NCBI RefSeq assembly: GCF_009914755.1
Contig: NC_060942.1
Length of the DNA stretch: 64,000 nt
Origin: the human T2T-CHM13v2.0 reference genome, Homo sapiens
Reading direction: 5' to 3' (one strand)
Below, piece after piece: positions 14,731 to 28,572 of this stretch. The translations under genes were made by a program, and so were the position numbers. Each line of letters begins with the position of its first letter. Position 1 is the stretch's first letter. Below the pieces are notes generated by a model. It saw only the letters and a program-made list of their open reading frames with translations. It made no database searches and was not told the origin of the DNA.

Positions 14731-14753
14731 GTTGTTGTTGTTGTTGTTGTTGT
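14731..14753. repeat. (GTT)n microsatellite
   Basis: About 8 gtt units. Confidence 0.9.
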
Positions 14754-16979
14754 TTTAAGTAGCAGCCAGTGTTGGATGGAGGTGCCCGTCAGTAAGGCCA
14801 TACAAATGTGCACACTGCGGCCTGCTGGGGCAGCCACAGACACACACACCCAGAGCAGCGGTTCCCTACAGACACCCCAAGCTGGCCTTCCCAAATGCCT
14901 GCCCCAAAAGCTCCACAAAAAGGGGACACTGAGGTCTCATTCCTTTCCCTCAACCCCCAACCCCCACTAAAAATCAACACCAGAAAACTGGCCGGTCACC
15001 ACCCCCCATGTAGCTTGGAAGTCCAGTGCTTGTGCATGTGCGTGTGCAAGACTGTGTCCATGATGTCAGTGTGTACGAGTGTGTGTTATGTGTGTTTCTG
15101 TGTGCACATACGTACTGGAACATATGGAAAACAAGACAGGGACAGGGAGAAGGTGACTCATCAGGCATTCACTTGTTTCTGCAAAGTATCCATCAACTGC
15201 TAATAAACTTGTGAGCGCTGGCAATCTTTGAACTTTCTTGCTGAGGGAACTCAGCTCTGAAGGCTACACCAAAGACCTGAACGCCCAGGGAAGGAAGGAC
15301 ACATTGGCATCAAGTGTGAAGCGGGGGAGAAAGCCCTCTTCCGGGAGGCACAGCACATCCACCCTTTTGGTGTGGAGGAGGGTGTTCTGAAACACAAGAA
15401 GCTTTTGCTTATTTTCCCAATTCGGGACAACAAACCTGGCCTGGAAAGGAAGACTCGAGGAGCTGCTGGGAAGGAGGCGGGAGGGAGGGTGGGTGGGAGA
15501 CCCTCAGCAGAGCCTCACAATGCTTTGTTTCATGCAGCCAGGACCCACTGAAACCTGGCACCGGCCAACAGGAGGAGGAGGAGGAGGAGCAAGGGAGTGA
15601 GTGGAGTATGGACCTGAGATCGAGGTGCCCCCATGCCAGGCCTGTCAGCCACCTAGGCAAGGGGTGGAAGCCTTGTCTGCCAAGGGTGGGGGCCTCTGGG
15701 GGCAGAGGAAGCTGGGTGGGGACTGGAGCCTGAGATCTGTAGCAGGACGGGGAAGTGTCAGGTGGGTTTCTGTTTCATCTGTGCAGCCCGCCAGCAATGT
15801 GCTGCCAGACACCCCCTGGAAAAAGCATTTTTCTGCTGAGGTTAATGGCCCAGCCCAGAAAAACTGCAGTGCATGGATGTCGTGAATGCTGCTGTGTGTG
15901 AACAAGGGCCCTGAAGTCCATTTGGTGCCCTAACCCACCGCAGGGAGACTCCTGCCTGCTCCTCCCTCGCTGTCCCCTCCAGCTCCCCCACCAGCAGCCT
16001 CTGTCCTCCCGTTAGGACAGCTCCAGTCTCCTCCTGCCAGGACTATCTCTAAGCACACACAAAAAACAAGCTTTCCAGCAAAACCATTCGGCAACAGCAA
16101 AGGCCCCTCGAACACACACCCTTGTGTGGACATCACACCTTCTGGGGACCCCGCACGACATCCCCCATTGCCACTACAGAGATTCCCCTTTGCCCTGAAT
16201 TCCCCGCCATTTGGGCTCATTTCTGGGAAATGCTCAGCTTCATCTTCACAGAAACACAGTTCCCTGAATCGGGCCCACAGCCCACACGAGTCTCCCCACA
16301 AAGGTCTGTGTGGACGCTTTGCTCCCAGGGACTTCCCGGGCCACGTGTCGAGGGGCTGGGAAGTTCAGTCAGTACAAGGACTAAGGAAGAGCCTTGGCCT
16401 CTCGCTGATAGTTAACCTCTGAAGGCAAAACTCACAGTCCTTTGTTAATTTCCCTCAGCTTTATAACCTTTTCCGGTATTTTCCACAAACTTCTCCCCCT
16501 CCCCAGAAAACTGTACAGGGGCTTGTTTTAAAACAGTATGTGTTCATTTTAAAGCATCCAAAAGAAAAGCTGTGTTGTAAAAAGCTCACTAATCAGATGC
16601 CTGCTCACAGTTGTATCTTTTTATTACAGTGTGGGGAATTTTTGGAGCAACACCAGAAAAATGCTGAATCTGCCTAAAATTCCTTTAAGGTGTTGCCCGC
16701 CCCCCCACCTTCCCCATTTCCCTTAAAGCATAAAATCCTCCCTTTAAAGGGAAGGGGGAGGTGGGTATTGAGAAAGGAGAGGACTTCAGCCTGTGTTTGC
16801 GCTCCAACTGGGGAAGACCACTTAGCAAGGAGCTCCCTGACTCTTACAAAGAGTTATTTAATTACCCTGCTCATGAATGAACAGACCAGACCCTTCCAGG
16901 AGACCAGAGGCTCGTGAATGAACCTCACACCCCAGGTCTCAATGGCACAGGGTGACCAGGCCTCAAGGCCACATTTTAG

Positions 16980-17309
<330 letters not shown>

Positions 17310-20300
17310 CCTTCTTAAATTTTTAATTTGAAGGCGTCAGGAGATGAGAAAGAAGAAAAATGGGAGGAGGGGGGAAAGGCCTTGCTCAGTGCCTCAACAA
17401 TACCATTCTCCACCTGAAGGCAGAGGGCAGAGAGGCAGAGCAGCTCCAAGAACAGCCATGGGGTTATGAGAACACGGGCACGCGTGGAAGAGAAGCTATC
17501 TGGGCCTGACTGGGCCCAGACACACAAAGGACGTACTTGTGGGGAGGGGGTCCCCCAAGATTCCATTTAGGAACAAGGGCAAGCTTGGGGAAAAAAGCCA
17601 GTAAAGACATGAGCTCCATCAGCTGATGACCCACGGTTAAATGTGCCCAATTGCTAGGGTACCGGGAGCTGGGGTCAAAGGCGAGTGAGGACGGGTCTCC
17701 ACCGGCTCTCATCTCTGTGAGGCACTTGGATAATGAAGTGATATTCCTCTGCCAAAGTCCAACAGGGCCACGGGCCTATCAGCCCCCTCCTCCATGGTCC
17801 AGCAGAGCAGAAGGCTGAGGACGGAGAAGTTGGGGAGGAAGGGCGCCTGGGCAGGCACGGCCGCCTCCTGCAGGCTCCCTGTGCCAATCAGGGGCAAATG
17901 AAGGGCAGAAATGTGGACACAGACAGCTTGCACCTGGCAACCTGGGAGCGCAAACATCACCACGCCTCGCTAACGCCAGGTCCAGGGTCCTCCCTCCTCA
18001 GGACCCAGGCGCCACCAACGGTTGCCTCATCCTGTCTCTCCCTCCACATCGGACATCTCAAAGGTTAACAGCACCCATCCCCTGCTCCCAACCCTGTCAG
18101 GAAATTGGCTGTTCTGATATCAACAAGCCCTCTTCAGGGACAAGCCTAAGATAAAAGGGGACTCCAGTGCCAATCCATCCCATCTATTCTCACGCCAAAC
18201 CATCATAATTCACAAGGACCCTTGCTGGTCTCTTGTTTTCAATAGGCGAATCCCTCCCCCAAATAGAGACGCGTAAAACTTGCTGAGATATCTGGGCTCA
18301 CTTTAAGGGGCTGTCTCTAATCCACCATGCTCACAGCCTCATCCAAAAGAGGAAACAGGACCCCAGAGCTCCCTCAGACTCCTCAGGAAACACAGACAAT
18401 GCTGGGGTTTAGAGTGAGTTCCTCATGGAGGAAACAAACCAAAATGTTTCAGGTAAACTGCGAGTTAATCAGAAAACACTGGGGCCCAACCCATCTCCAC
18501 CACCCCATGCTCTCTCCCCAAACAGATCAGACGATGAATCCTGGCTGGTGGAAGGCTGACCTGAGAACACTGGATTTTTTTTTTTTTCATGCTTTGCAGC
18601 ATCTCCAGTGAAGTGAGATGGCTGGACTTGGGGGTGGGCAGGGGGTGTCACAGGGTCTCCTTCAAAGGCCAGGCTGCTCTCTGGTTCCCGGGCCCAGCAG
18701 GCTTCGTTTCCACCCCTTAGCGCATTCTAGCCATGGCAGAACCCCCGCCCCTGTGCCAACCCCAGAGGTGAGCCGACCAGCTACAAAGCCAGATATGCAT
18801 TTCACACCAACCTCGCATGCAGCCTCCCGGTAAGTTCAGCTCATCCCTAAAACAGGGTTCCCCCAAGGCCAGCCTCATAAGGTTGCTGTACCAATTTGAT
18901 GCAAAAGTGATTGGGGCCAGCTTGTGGAGAGTGCTGCACACGCGTTGGTCTCATCTCTGAGGCTCCTGGGTTCTCCAGCCGCTCAGAAAATGCCCACCAG
19001 TCTTCCTGATTGTCTCCACATCCCCACACCCCGTGGTAGAACAGTTCTGGGCCAATGCCTACACTTAATAAGCATTTACTTTGCATAGGCTGTGTTCTCT
19101 AAGTGGCTCATGACAACCCTCTGAGGCTGCATACTATCACCAGCCTATCTTAAAAAAAGGGAGTAGTAGGGGTGAGGCACAAGTCACTGGCCGAAGTGCA
19201 GAGCTGCAATTCAAGCCCAGAATATTGCCTGGTGTGAGCTGTGGACACAGGCCTCTAAAGCCACCAAGCCCACTGTTCCTCTCCAAAGTGTCCTTCAGAA
19301 CACACTTTGGAAATGCTGCACCAGCTTTTAGAGCTGCGCATGGGGTGCAACTCCCCTGCAGCAAGAAGTGGGGGGTGATACGGCTTTTTTGCCAGCAAGC
19401 TGCTCTGTGACCTTGGCCAAGTGGCTTGCCCTCTCAGGGTCTCAGTTTGACCTGTCCATAAATAATGTAAAGGGGACAAGGGAAGATGGCCCCATGGGCC
19501 CCCTTCTGCCTTCATGGTCTCTGGCTGGACTCTGATTCTCAGTATTAAACAACACTGGTTCCATTTATTTTTACTACCTTCCAGAGAGTAAGAAAACCAC
19601 TTTGAGGAGCAGGGTACATTTTTGCATTTAATTTGCAACAATAAAACAAAATAAAATCAAAAGGGAAAGGAGGTTTGAGTCAGGTTTTGCTGTGTCCATC
19701 TCTAAACCAACTTTTTTTTTTCTTTAATTTCAGAGTCAGAAATGACTTTTTACTCTGTCTTACTATTCATCACCCTCAAGAGACGGTGAGCCCCCAAGAG
19801 AGGATCTCTTTTATCACTGTCATCCGTCCACTGTCTGCCCAGGCTTGGTTCCCTGAAGTTTCTCCTCCCATCACCGCCCTCCTTGCCACCTCTCCCAAGC
19901 CTACATATTTCGCAGATCCTGCTGGTCTAGAACACTAATTAGTGACTGTGTCCTTACAAATTATGTTAAATAATCAATTCCTAGAACTAAAATGTACTCC
20001 CTGGCTCCCCAAACTGGTCCCACACCACCTCCCAAAACCCCCCAAGCATCTGAGTCTGAAGCCCCCAACCTGGGGATGAATGCTCCTAAGAGCATTTATC
20101 TCGCCATGGAGAATGTAATTGAGGGTGGCACGGGGCAGGGGAGGAAAGCCACACAAATCAAAAGCTCTTGTCTGTCTCGCCAGTCAGGCTGACGCGGCTT
20201 CCTGTGCCCCAGCATTCAGCCATGCAAATTACAGCGTGTACCCAGCTGCCTGCAGCCACTGCTGTCTGAGGAGGCCCACTCTGCCCAGGCTCCTCTGAGA

Positions 20301-20779
20301 GAGGCCTCAGAGGAAGGGTGGGGACTCCCGACCCAGCCAACTCCATTCATAATATTGACAGTAAGGGCCTCTCTGGCTGCTGTTTAGTGTGCATGCAGTC
20401 GAATCATTTCTCGAGTTCAAATTTCCAGATACTTCCCCTCCATGGTACACCAACCAGGTTCCCACTGTTACCCCCCAAGTAACTCAGAGCAGCTCTCTTC
20501 AGAAAGGGGGTTCACATATTAGCAGGCACAGAAGCCCTCAGCCCTGCATGGCATTGTCTGCTCAGCTGCCTTCCCTCTGGGCATGACCCTGGCACCCCCA
20601 GGAAGACACAAGGGCTGGGACAAGCATGGAACAGAAAGTCTGTCGTGTCCAAGAGAAACTACCAAGTCAAGTCTCTTACCTCACCCACCTACCCACCTGC
20701 CACCCTGAGAGTGTAGGAGATTCCCCAAATTCCCTATCTGGATTCCCAACTGGGCAGCTGGCACTGAATGCTGATTCAT

Positions 20780-20803
20780 TCTCTCTCTCTCTCTCTCAAT
20801 CTC

Positions 20804-20871
<68 letters not shown>
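20780..20871. repeat. Compound (CT)n(CA)n microsatellite in intron 3
   Basis: Interrupted (ct)n followed by about 18 ca units. Confidence 0.95.
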
Positions 20872-20874
<3 letters not shown>

Positions 20875-22029
20875 AAAGCATCATGAAAATCTTAATACAA
20901 ACCACTGCATCATTAAGCCAATTTTCCAAAAGGACAAAACCCCTAGAAGGACAGGACAGTTTTTCCCTGGTTTTGCAGGTGGTGGGGGGGCTCTGTGTGT
21001 GCAAGAAACCAAGCTACTTTTGCTGTGGGCCTCGTTTTAATAAAGCCCCAGGCTACCAGGACCCCTAGTCCTTGGAAGGCATCACAGGACCCAAAGGCAG
21101 ACCCTTCTCCCACCCTATCCCCCACAGGTCCAACTCCACTCCAGTTTCTAGAGGGTAGGAAAACTGTCCGAAGACATGGAAAAATACAGTGAGAAACAAA
21201 AGTCCTTTTCATTCCTCCCCTCCCCCGGCTCCCCTTGTTCCATAACAATTATGAAAACTGTTGGATGGGATGGCATTTTGAACATTTACTGCATTCCGGC
21301 CAATAAATTCCAATGCAGGATCCGATGGAAAAGCTCCTTCTTCTCCTGCGAGCTCCCTCCCTGGCCCCCCTCCCCGTGCACTCCCAGCCCTCATTCCATC
21401 TCTCACTTTACAACCCAATACCAGGGCCTGGCCAGGCCAGGGCCGCACTGTACTTAGAGGGAAAAACAACAGTACGACAGCCTGGAGACAGCGTGCAGAC
21501 TGGAAAAGTTAATCATTACTTCTGTCTGCCTCCGTAATCTAATCTCTCCCGCTTGGACACACTCACTGTTCAGCCATCCCAGCCCTTTCACCCCTAAAGC
21601 ACCCAGGACCTCCCAGACCCAAGCCCCCACTCCCTCTGGCGGGTCCTCCCACTCCTAACCTCCAGTTAGGAGGTCAAGGGAATAAAAGAAGAATGAAAGG
21701 GTCCCCCACCCAGAAGCTGCTGTCACAAGGCCCTGGAGTCCAACATACACGGCCAGCTGCTCTGTGCTGGGTGCCCCACCTTTCAGAGCCTCCAGGCCTC
21801 CCATAAACATGGGCTCCCATAAATGTGAGCTCCAATCTGGCTGGTGACTGCAGCAGCCCAGCACTGCCCCTCCCCCACCGCGCAGGGACAGACTGTCCCC
21901 TCCCCGCTTTCTCACTCCCTCTGCCCCAGGATTCGCCCTCAAGCCCACCCCGGTGGGTAGGGCTCCCCCACCGCATGCGATCGGTGTGTGCGACACACGA
22001 GGCACAAGTCAAGGAGGCCCTACCGTTGG

Positions 22030-22617
22030 CGATGCCTTAAAAAATTAAACACAGAATGACAGTGTAATTTAGCAATTCCACCTCTGGGTATATACCCAGA
22101 AGAACTGAAAGCGGCGACTCCAGTGGTATTTGCACATCCATGTTCACAGCAGCATTATTCACAATAGCCAAAAGGTAGAAGCAAGCCAAGTGTCCATCAA
22201 GCAATAAATCAACCAGACATGGAATATTCATACAATAAAATATTATTCAGCCTTAAAAAAGAAGGAAATTCTGACATACGCTAGAGTATGGATGAACCCT
22301 GAGGGCATTATGTTAAGTGAAATAAGCCGATCACAAAAGGACAAACACTGTCTGATTCCACTATTCTATGAAGTACCTAGAGGAGGAGGCAAATTCATAG
22401 ACAGAAAGAATGGTGGGTGCCAAGTGCTGGGGGAGGGGAGAAGGGAAGTTAGTGTTTCATGGGAACAAAGTTTCAGCTAGGGAAGATGAAAAAGTTCTGG
22501 ATGTGGACGGTGGGGATAATAGCACAATATGAATGTACTTAATGCCACAGAACTATACACTTAAAAATTGTTAATATGGTATATTTTATGTATATTTTAC
22601 CACAATAAAAGAAAAAG
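22030..22617 (+). mobile_element. Old L1 (L1MB-like) 3' end
   Basis: gcaattccacctctgggtatatacccag...atgttcacagcagcattattcacaatagccaaaagg...tattttaccacaataaaa. Confidence 0.85.
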
Positions 22618-25600
22618 GCCTCAGCTCTCTTAAGGCTCTCCTTTGCACCCCCATAACTAGTCCTCATAAGCATAGATTTCCTGAACTGGGGATTCCACGG
22701 GTGGGACTGGGCTTCAGCAAAGATATCGGCCCCCTGCAGATGTATACAAATTGTGGTATAGCATGCATTTTTCTGAACAGAGTCCTCAGCTTTCACCCAT
22801 ACTTGGAAGAGTTTGCGAGCCAAGAGACAGAAAGAACTACAACCTTTTTATTTTAAAATGGAAGCAGTCTTTGGCTTCCATAGGGATATCTCATCAATAG
22901 GGGGATCATTCCCACACCCCTCAAATCCAAGAGACAAAGATCACAGATCACCGAAGGGACTTGGCAGCCAAGCCCAAGCCCTTATTTTGCAGATGAGAAA
23001 ACTGAGGCCCAGAACACAGAAATGGCTCCTGCAAGGCCATGTGGCCAGCCAGGGGCTGAGACACTCGGCCTCAACCCAGGAGAGCAGGCCAGCCTCTAGT
23101 GACAGGAAAGTGGAGGATGCTGGCCCCGACATTGTAATTCTCTCCCAGCCCCCTCCTGGGACTAGGGCATCCTGGACACCCTGGGGGGAAGGTGGGGGGG
23201 CTTCTGAGTTTTTGCAGGCCCCACGATCCTGGGCTCTTCCCCAGAAAACAGCCCCCCCAGCAGGGTTTTGATTGTGCCCCCACTGAGCAGGAGATGGGGC
23301 CCATCTATTTGTAAGAACGGTATGGTGCACTCAGATCACACTGATAACTAACTTTTTAATTTTCCCTCTTGGTTACTGATTCATGAGGGGGTGGGGCAGG
23401 GCTGGCTCAGAGGCTGCAGTGAGGCTGACAAGGTCCCCAGGCCCAGCTCTTGATGATCCTCACTTAGCCTGCAGGGGAAGGAGACACTTAACAGCTTCAT
23501 GAGGTGACTGGAAGGTGGGACAGGGGACAGGGACAATCATTTAACCTCCGAGTGAGCCACCCCAGAAAATGCAGACAGCTAATCTGCCAACGGCACAGTC
23601 ATATCTTGGCGTCTTATTGTTTTTGTTCCTGTTGAGTGACAGTCGCAGATCAAAACGTAAGAAAGCAATACTGAAATGAGCACACAGTCGCTGGCCTGGT
23701 TATCTGAGTTGTCTTCTGGCTGAAAGAAAGTCCCGACTTTGCAAGATGAAATTGGAATTGAGACCAGATCTTCCCTTTCTGCTCTGATCAAACCCCCCAG
23801 CAAAAGCAGCTCTCCCCGCCTTTTCTTCCTGGTGGGGCTTCACGGAGGAGCGAGAAGAGTAATTCAATTAGTGAACTCCACAGAGCTTGGAAGCCATCGG
23901 TTGGCCCCGGGGGAACAGACAGAGAAGGATGAATGTGAAAAGGAAACACCCTGGTAACTGCATCTTAGATTATTTCATCCAAACCCAACCCCAGACAGGC
24001 CAGGGCCTCACACACAGGGCTGACACCTCAGAAACGGGCTTAACCCTCAGATTTAAAATTAAAAAGCAAGAATTTCCTTCATCCCCCAGATGGTCTTCGT
24101 TGCGAATCAAGTCCTCTGGAGTTACAAAGGGAAAGTCACTCCTGGGCTTTGAAAACATCCCACTTCTCCTCTGGCTGTCAAGACATTAGATACTGTCTTT
24201 CCAGATGTTTCCCCACCCCTTGGCCGTGGTCCACTGAGGAGCCTGGCGCTAGGCTGGTCACTTCCACTCTGTGCTGTGCCCCAGGTACTACCAGGGTCTG
24301 GAGGGTGGATTATAACCACAGCTCCTGTTCTTCCTGCTGTCATCTTACAATCAGCAAGAAGCGGGGTGGGGAGGCGGGCTGGAACCAAAACCCGGGAGAC
24401 CTACCTCTGTTTATCCACAAGCTTTGCTTTATCTCAATTCTCAACAGACCACACAACCAAAGCAGAAGTAGAAGTGGATGACTCAAGAGCTAGGCCCATC
24501 CCAGGGGGCCCACCCTGCACCTCCCCCACCTATGGCCTGGCTTCATGGAGGGACCAGGCTCCTCTGTCCTACAGAAGCTGCCCCTGCCTGCCTCCAGGTA
24601 GAGGCAACTCCTAGTCAATCCCCCCTCCCGCCGGCTCCATCCCCATGGATTCAACATCACCTTCGGACAAGCCATTCCAACTGCCAATTCTTAATTCTAA
24701 CCCAGCCCAGGAACTGGTCCTCTGCACAGCACACAGCCTGGCACATAATAGGTGTCAATACATATTTGCTCCATAAACAAACCACAGGGACACACTGGCT
24801 TCTTCCAAAGCAGCGGGCCCACCTAGCTTCACACCCGGCAGAGGGAGGCACATGTGAACCCACCTGAGAGGGGAGCACACCTTCCAAGCACGGAGTCAGC
24901 CAGAAGGACCAAGTCCCTCTCCTGGACTCCCCACGGAGGACACAAGAGGGAAGCCCTGTTCTGCGCTAGGTCACACTCAGCCGCCGCGGCATATGCCACT
25001 GAGAGGTGTTTCCAAGGCCGGCGCCGGCCCACCAACCTCTGTGGGCACACCACCTGCCCACAGCATTCTGCTTTGGCGTCCTGCTCTGTTTGGACAAGTT
25101 GCCCTCACCAAGTGTTCAACAATGCTTTTACACACCCCAGGGCCCTTGTTGTGTTATGAAAACAAAACAAAGCACGCTAAGGAAAAAGCTGGGAGGGTGG
25201 GGGTGAGCGTGAGTGGAGAGCGGGCCAGCCACACACACAGGTCTCTTTCTTTCTGGTCTCTGTCCTAAAGACGGCTCCTTGGCAGCACGGGCCGGGGCAC
25301 TGTCCCATGCCCTGTGTCATTAGAACAATGACATCAACAAAGAGGGGATTTAGAAACCCAGAGACAAAAAATGGAACTGGACCTTATCTGCACCACTGTA
25401 GGGCTGTGATAAGCCCCCTCTCTGGGAGATGCTTCTAGGTGAACCATATCACTCCTTCCTCCAAAGCACAGCACCGTTACTGGACACAGCTGTACCAGGG
25501 CAGCTCCGAGACCCATTTCCCCTCCACTCCTCACTAGCACCCTAGAAATAGTCTCAGGAAAGTTACAGAACTCCTGCAGGATGAGGGGGACACGGTGGCT

Positions 25601-27028
25601 TGAAAACACGAAGGCAGCCCTGAGTTCCCGGCGGCTAAGTGCCAGGTGCCTCTGTTAGGGGAAGGCAGTACCGGGGGTGGGTAAAAAGGCTAAAGGCGTG
25701 AGTAAATTCTTACGTACCCCCCATCAAAAAAAAAAATACAATCTTTTTTTTGCAAGTTAAAACTGAGCTAATGACACTGGGTGGGGCTCAGTGTTGAGGA
25801 CTCCCCAGCCAAACCAAAATTAGCTTCCAGCCAAGAGCTGCTTGGCCTTACCATTTGGGGAAGGAAGCTGAAAAAGTCATGAAAGATTCTTTAGTAAAAT
25901 GGGAAATAAGGCGGCAGTTAACATTTCAACTGAAGGTGACCCTTCTGGTAAAATATTTTTTTAAATAATAAAAATAACATAAAGTTCTCAAACAGCCTCT
26001 TTCTTAAAGAAAATGGCCTACATGTTCTCGTGGGAGTGGAAGGGAAGAAAAAAAAAACACAAAACAGAAAACAGGCTAGCCGTTTCTCAGCCACTACCTT
26101 TCACGAACCACTTTTCTCTGGAGTTATTCTCAAAAAAAAAGATGATGCAATTTCCTGTCTTGTCCCAATATTTCCTGTTAACTTACAAGGTGAAAGTTAT
26201 CACCCTGTTTTAAATAACTGTCCTCAACACCGCTGAAAGTCCCTTTTCCCAGCCAGTGCCCACCCCTATCAAAAAATGTCCCCATCTTAGAGTATAAATA
26301 CGATCATTTTCTACACCTTTTAAGAGTTGGCTTCGTAAGAAGCCTGGTTCTCTCTCTAGCAGATACTGAATCCACGGGGCACCTTCCACGGGAGTGGAAG
26401 CCCACATCTCCCAGGTGAACCCACAGAGAGAAACAGAGAGGCTGGGGGGCAGCCGAGTCCCCCAAGTGAGCCAACAGGTTTAGGTAGAGTGGCCGGGATC
26501 AGGTGAGTGTTGCTTTCTTGGTGTGTTAACCACTAAATTGAGAACTGTGCCTCAGCAGTTAATAATATCTTCCCGCTGAAAATAGCCCGGAGAGGAAGCC
26601 TCTGTGTGACAGTAGGCAGGCAGCCAGGCTTGGGGCTAGCCATTCAATACCGAGCGAGAGGTGGTAGGGCCAGTGGTGACCTCCCTGTGGCTGTGCTTAC
26701 AGTATCCTTTCACGAGGCTCCCGCAAAGGGAGGGTGCCCGGGCCAGTCACCTACGGCCACTGCAGCCCTAGAACTTGGGCAAGGACATCACAGGGACTGG
26801 GGTCTCCAGGGGCCCAGGAAGGGTCTGGATCACCAGCTTTTGGAGCCAACCCTGGCACCATCCTGGTTCGCAGTCACTGGGATGGGCAGGCCAGGGGGAC
26901 CCCGCAGAGTGAGAACAAGCATATTCACTTCCCCCAGCAGAAAAGTCAGGCCGGGAATCAAACCAGAGGGAACTTTCCTGTCTCTCATTTCTGGAACCCA
27001 CGAAGAAAAAAGGAAGGTCGAAGGATCA

Positions 27029-27412
<384 letters not shown>

Positions 27413-28028
27413 CTACCAGCCTTGCTCCCTGGTCCATCAATGTACTTCCCATGTGACCTCAGGGCTGCCACCAAAACAAGTGTCTACCATCATCAGGTCC
27501 TAGGCAACTAACAGAAGTCTCTCCAATTTTACTCTCCACAATCACTGTTCCTTATAGATTATCCAAGTATCTACATGTATTTAAAACCTACCGCTGGCCA
27601 TTTTTTGGTCAAACTTGTGGTAAAATACACATAACTTAAAATGTGCCACCAATGGCATTGAATACATTCGGTGAACTGTGCAACCATCACCACTCTACAG
27701 TTCCAGAACATTTTCATCGTCCCAAAAGGAAACCCGGTCCCATGGGTCCCTTTTACAATCCCATTCATGACAGCAAAGCAAAACAGTGGACCATGTATAG
27801 TTAATAATAGTTTTCTCTCAAATGTCTCTACAAAGAAGCAAGAAAGTTATCTGGGAAGCTGAATCCCGAGGGATTTTAGTGTGCGAGCAAGTCCAGGAAC
27901 CAGCACTTTACACCTTTTTTTTCTTCTGCCAGGTGAAGACAACTGCTTTGAGGGTGCTGCTCCGAGTTCAAGGCCTGGACCGAAGGGAGTAAAGACCAGC
28001 CTGGCCATCATAATTCTGCAAGGAATTA

Positions 28029-28362
<334 letters not shown>

Positions 28363-28527
28363 TTAAAACATTAAAAAATTTTAAAAAGAAGCAAAGGAAG
28401 CCAAACTTGATCATGAATTCTTCGGCATTTCCTCCCTTTTCACTGCTCCACCGGCTCTGAGCTTGCCACGGAGGTCCCATAGGTGTACAAGTCTACGCAG
28501 CTACAGTCAGGCTTTGCTAAGTAAAGG

Positions 28528-28529
<2 letters not shown>

Positions 28530-28570
<41 letters not shown>
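28530..28570. repeat. (TG)~20 microsatellite
   Basis: Perfect run. Confidence 0.95.
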
Positions 28571-28572
<2 letters not shown>

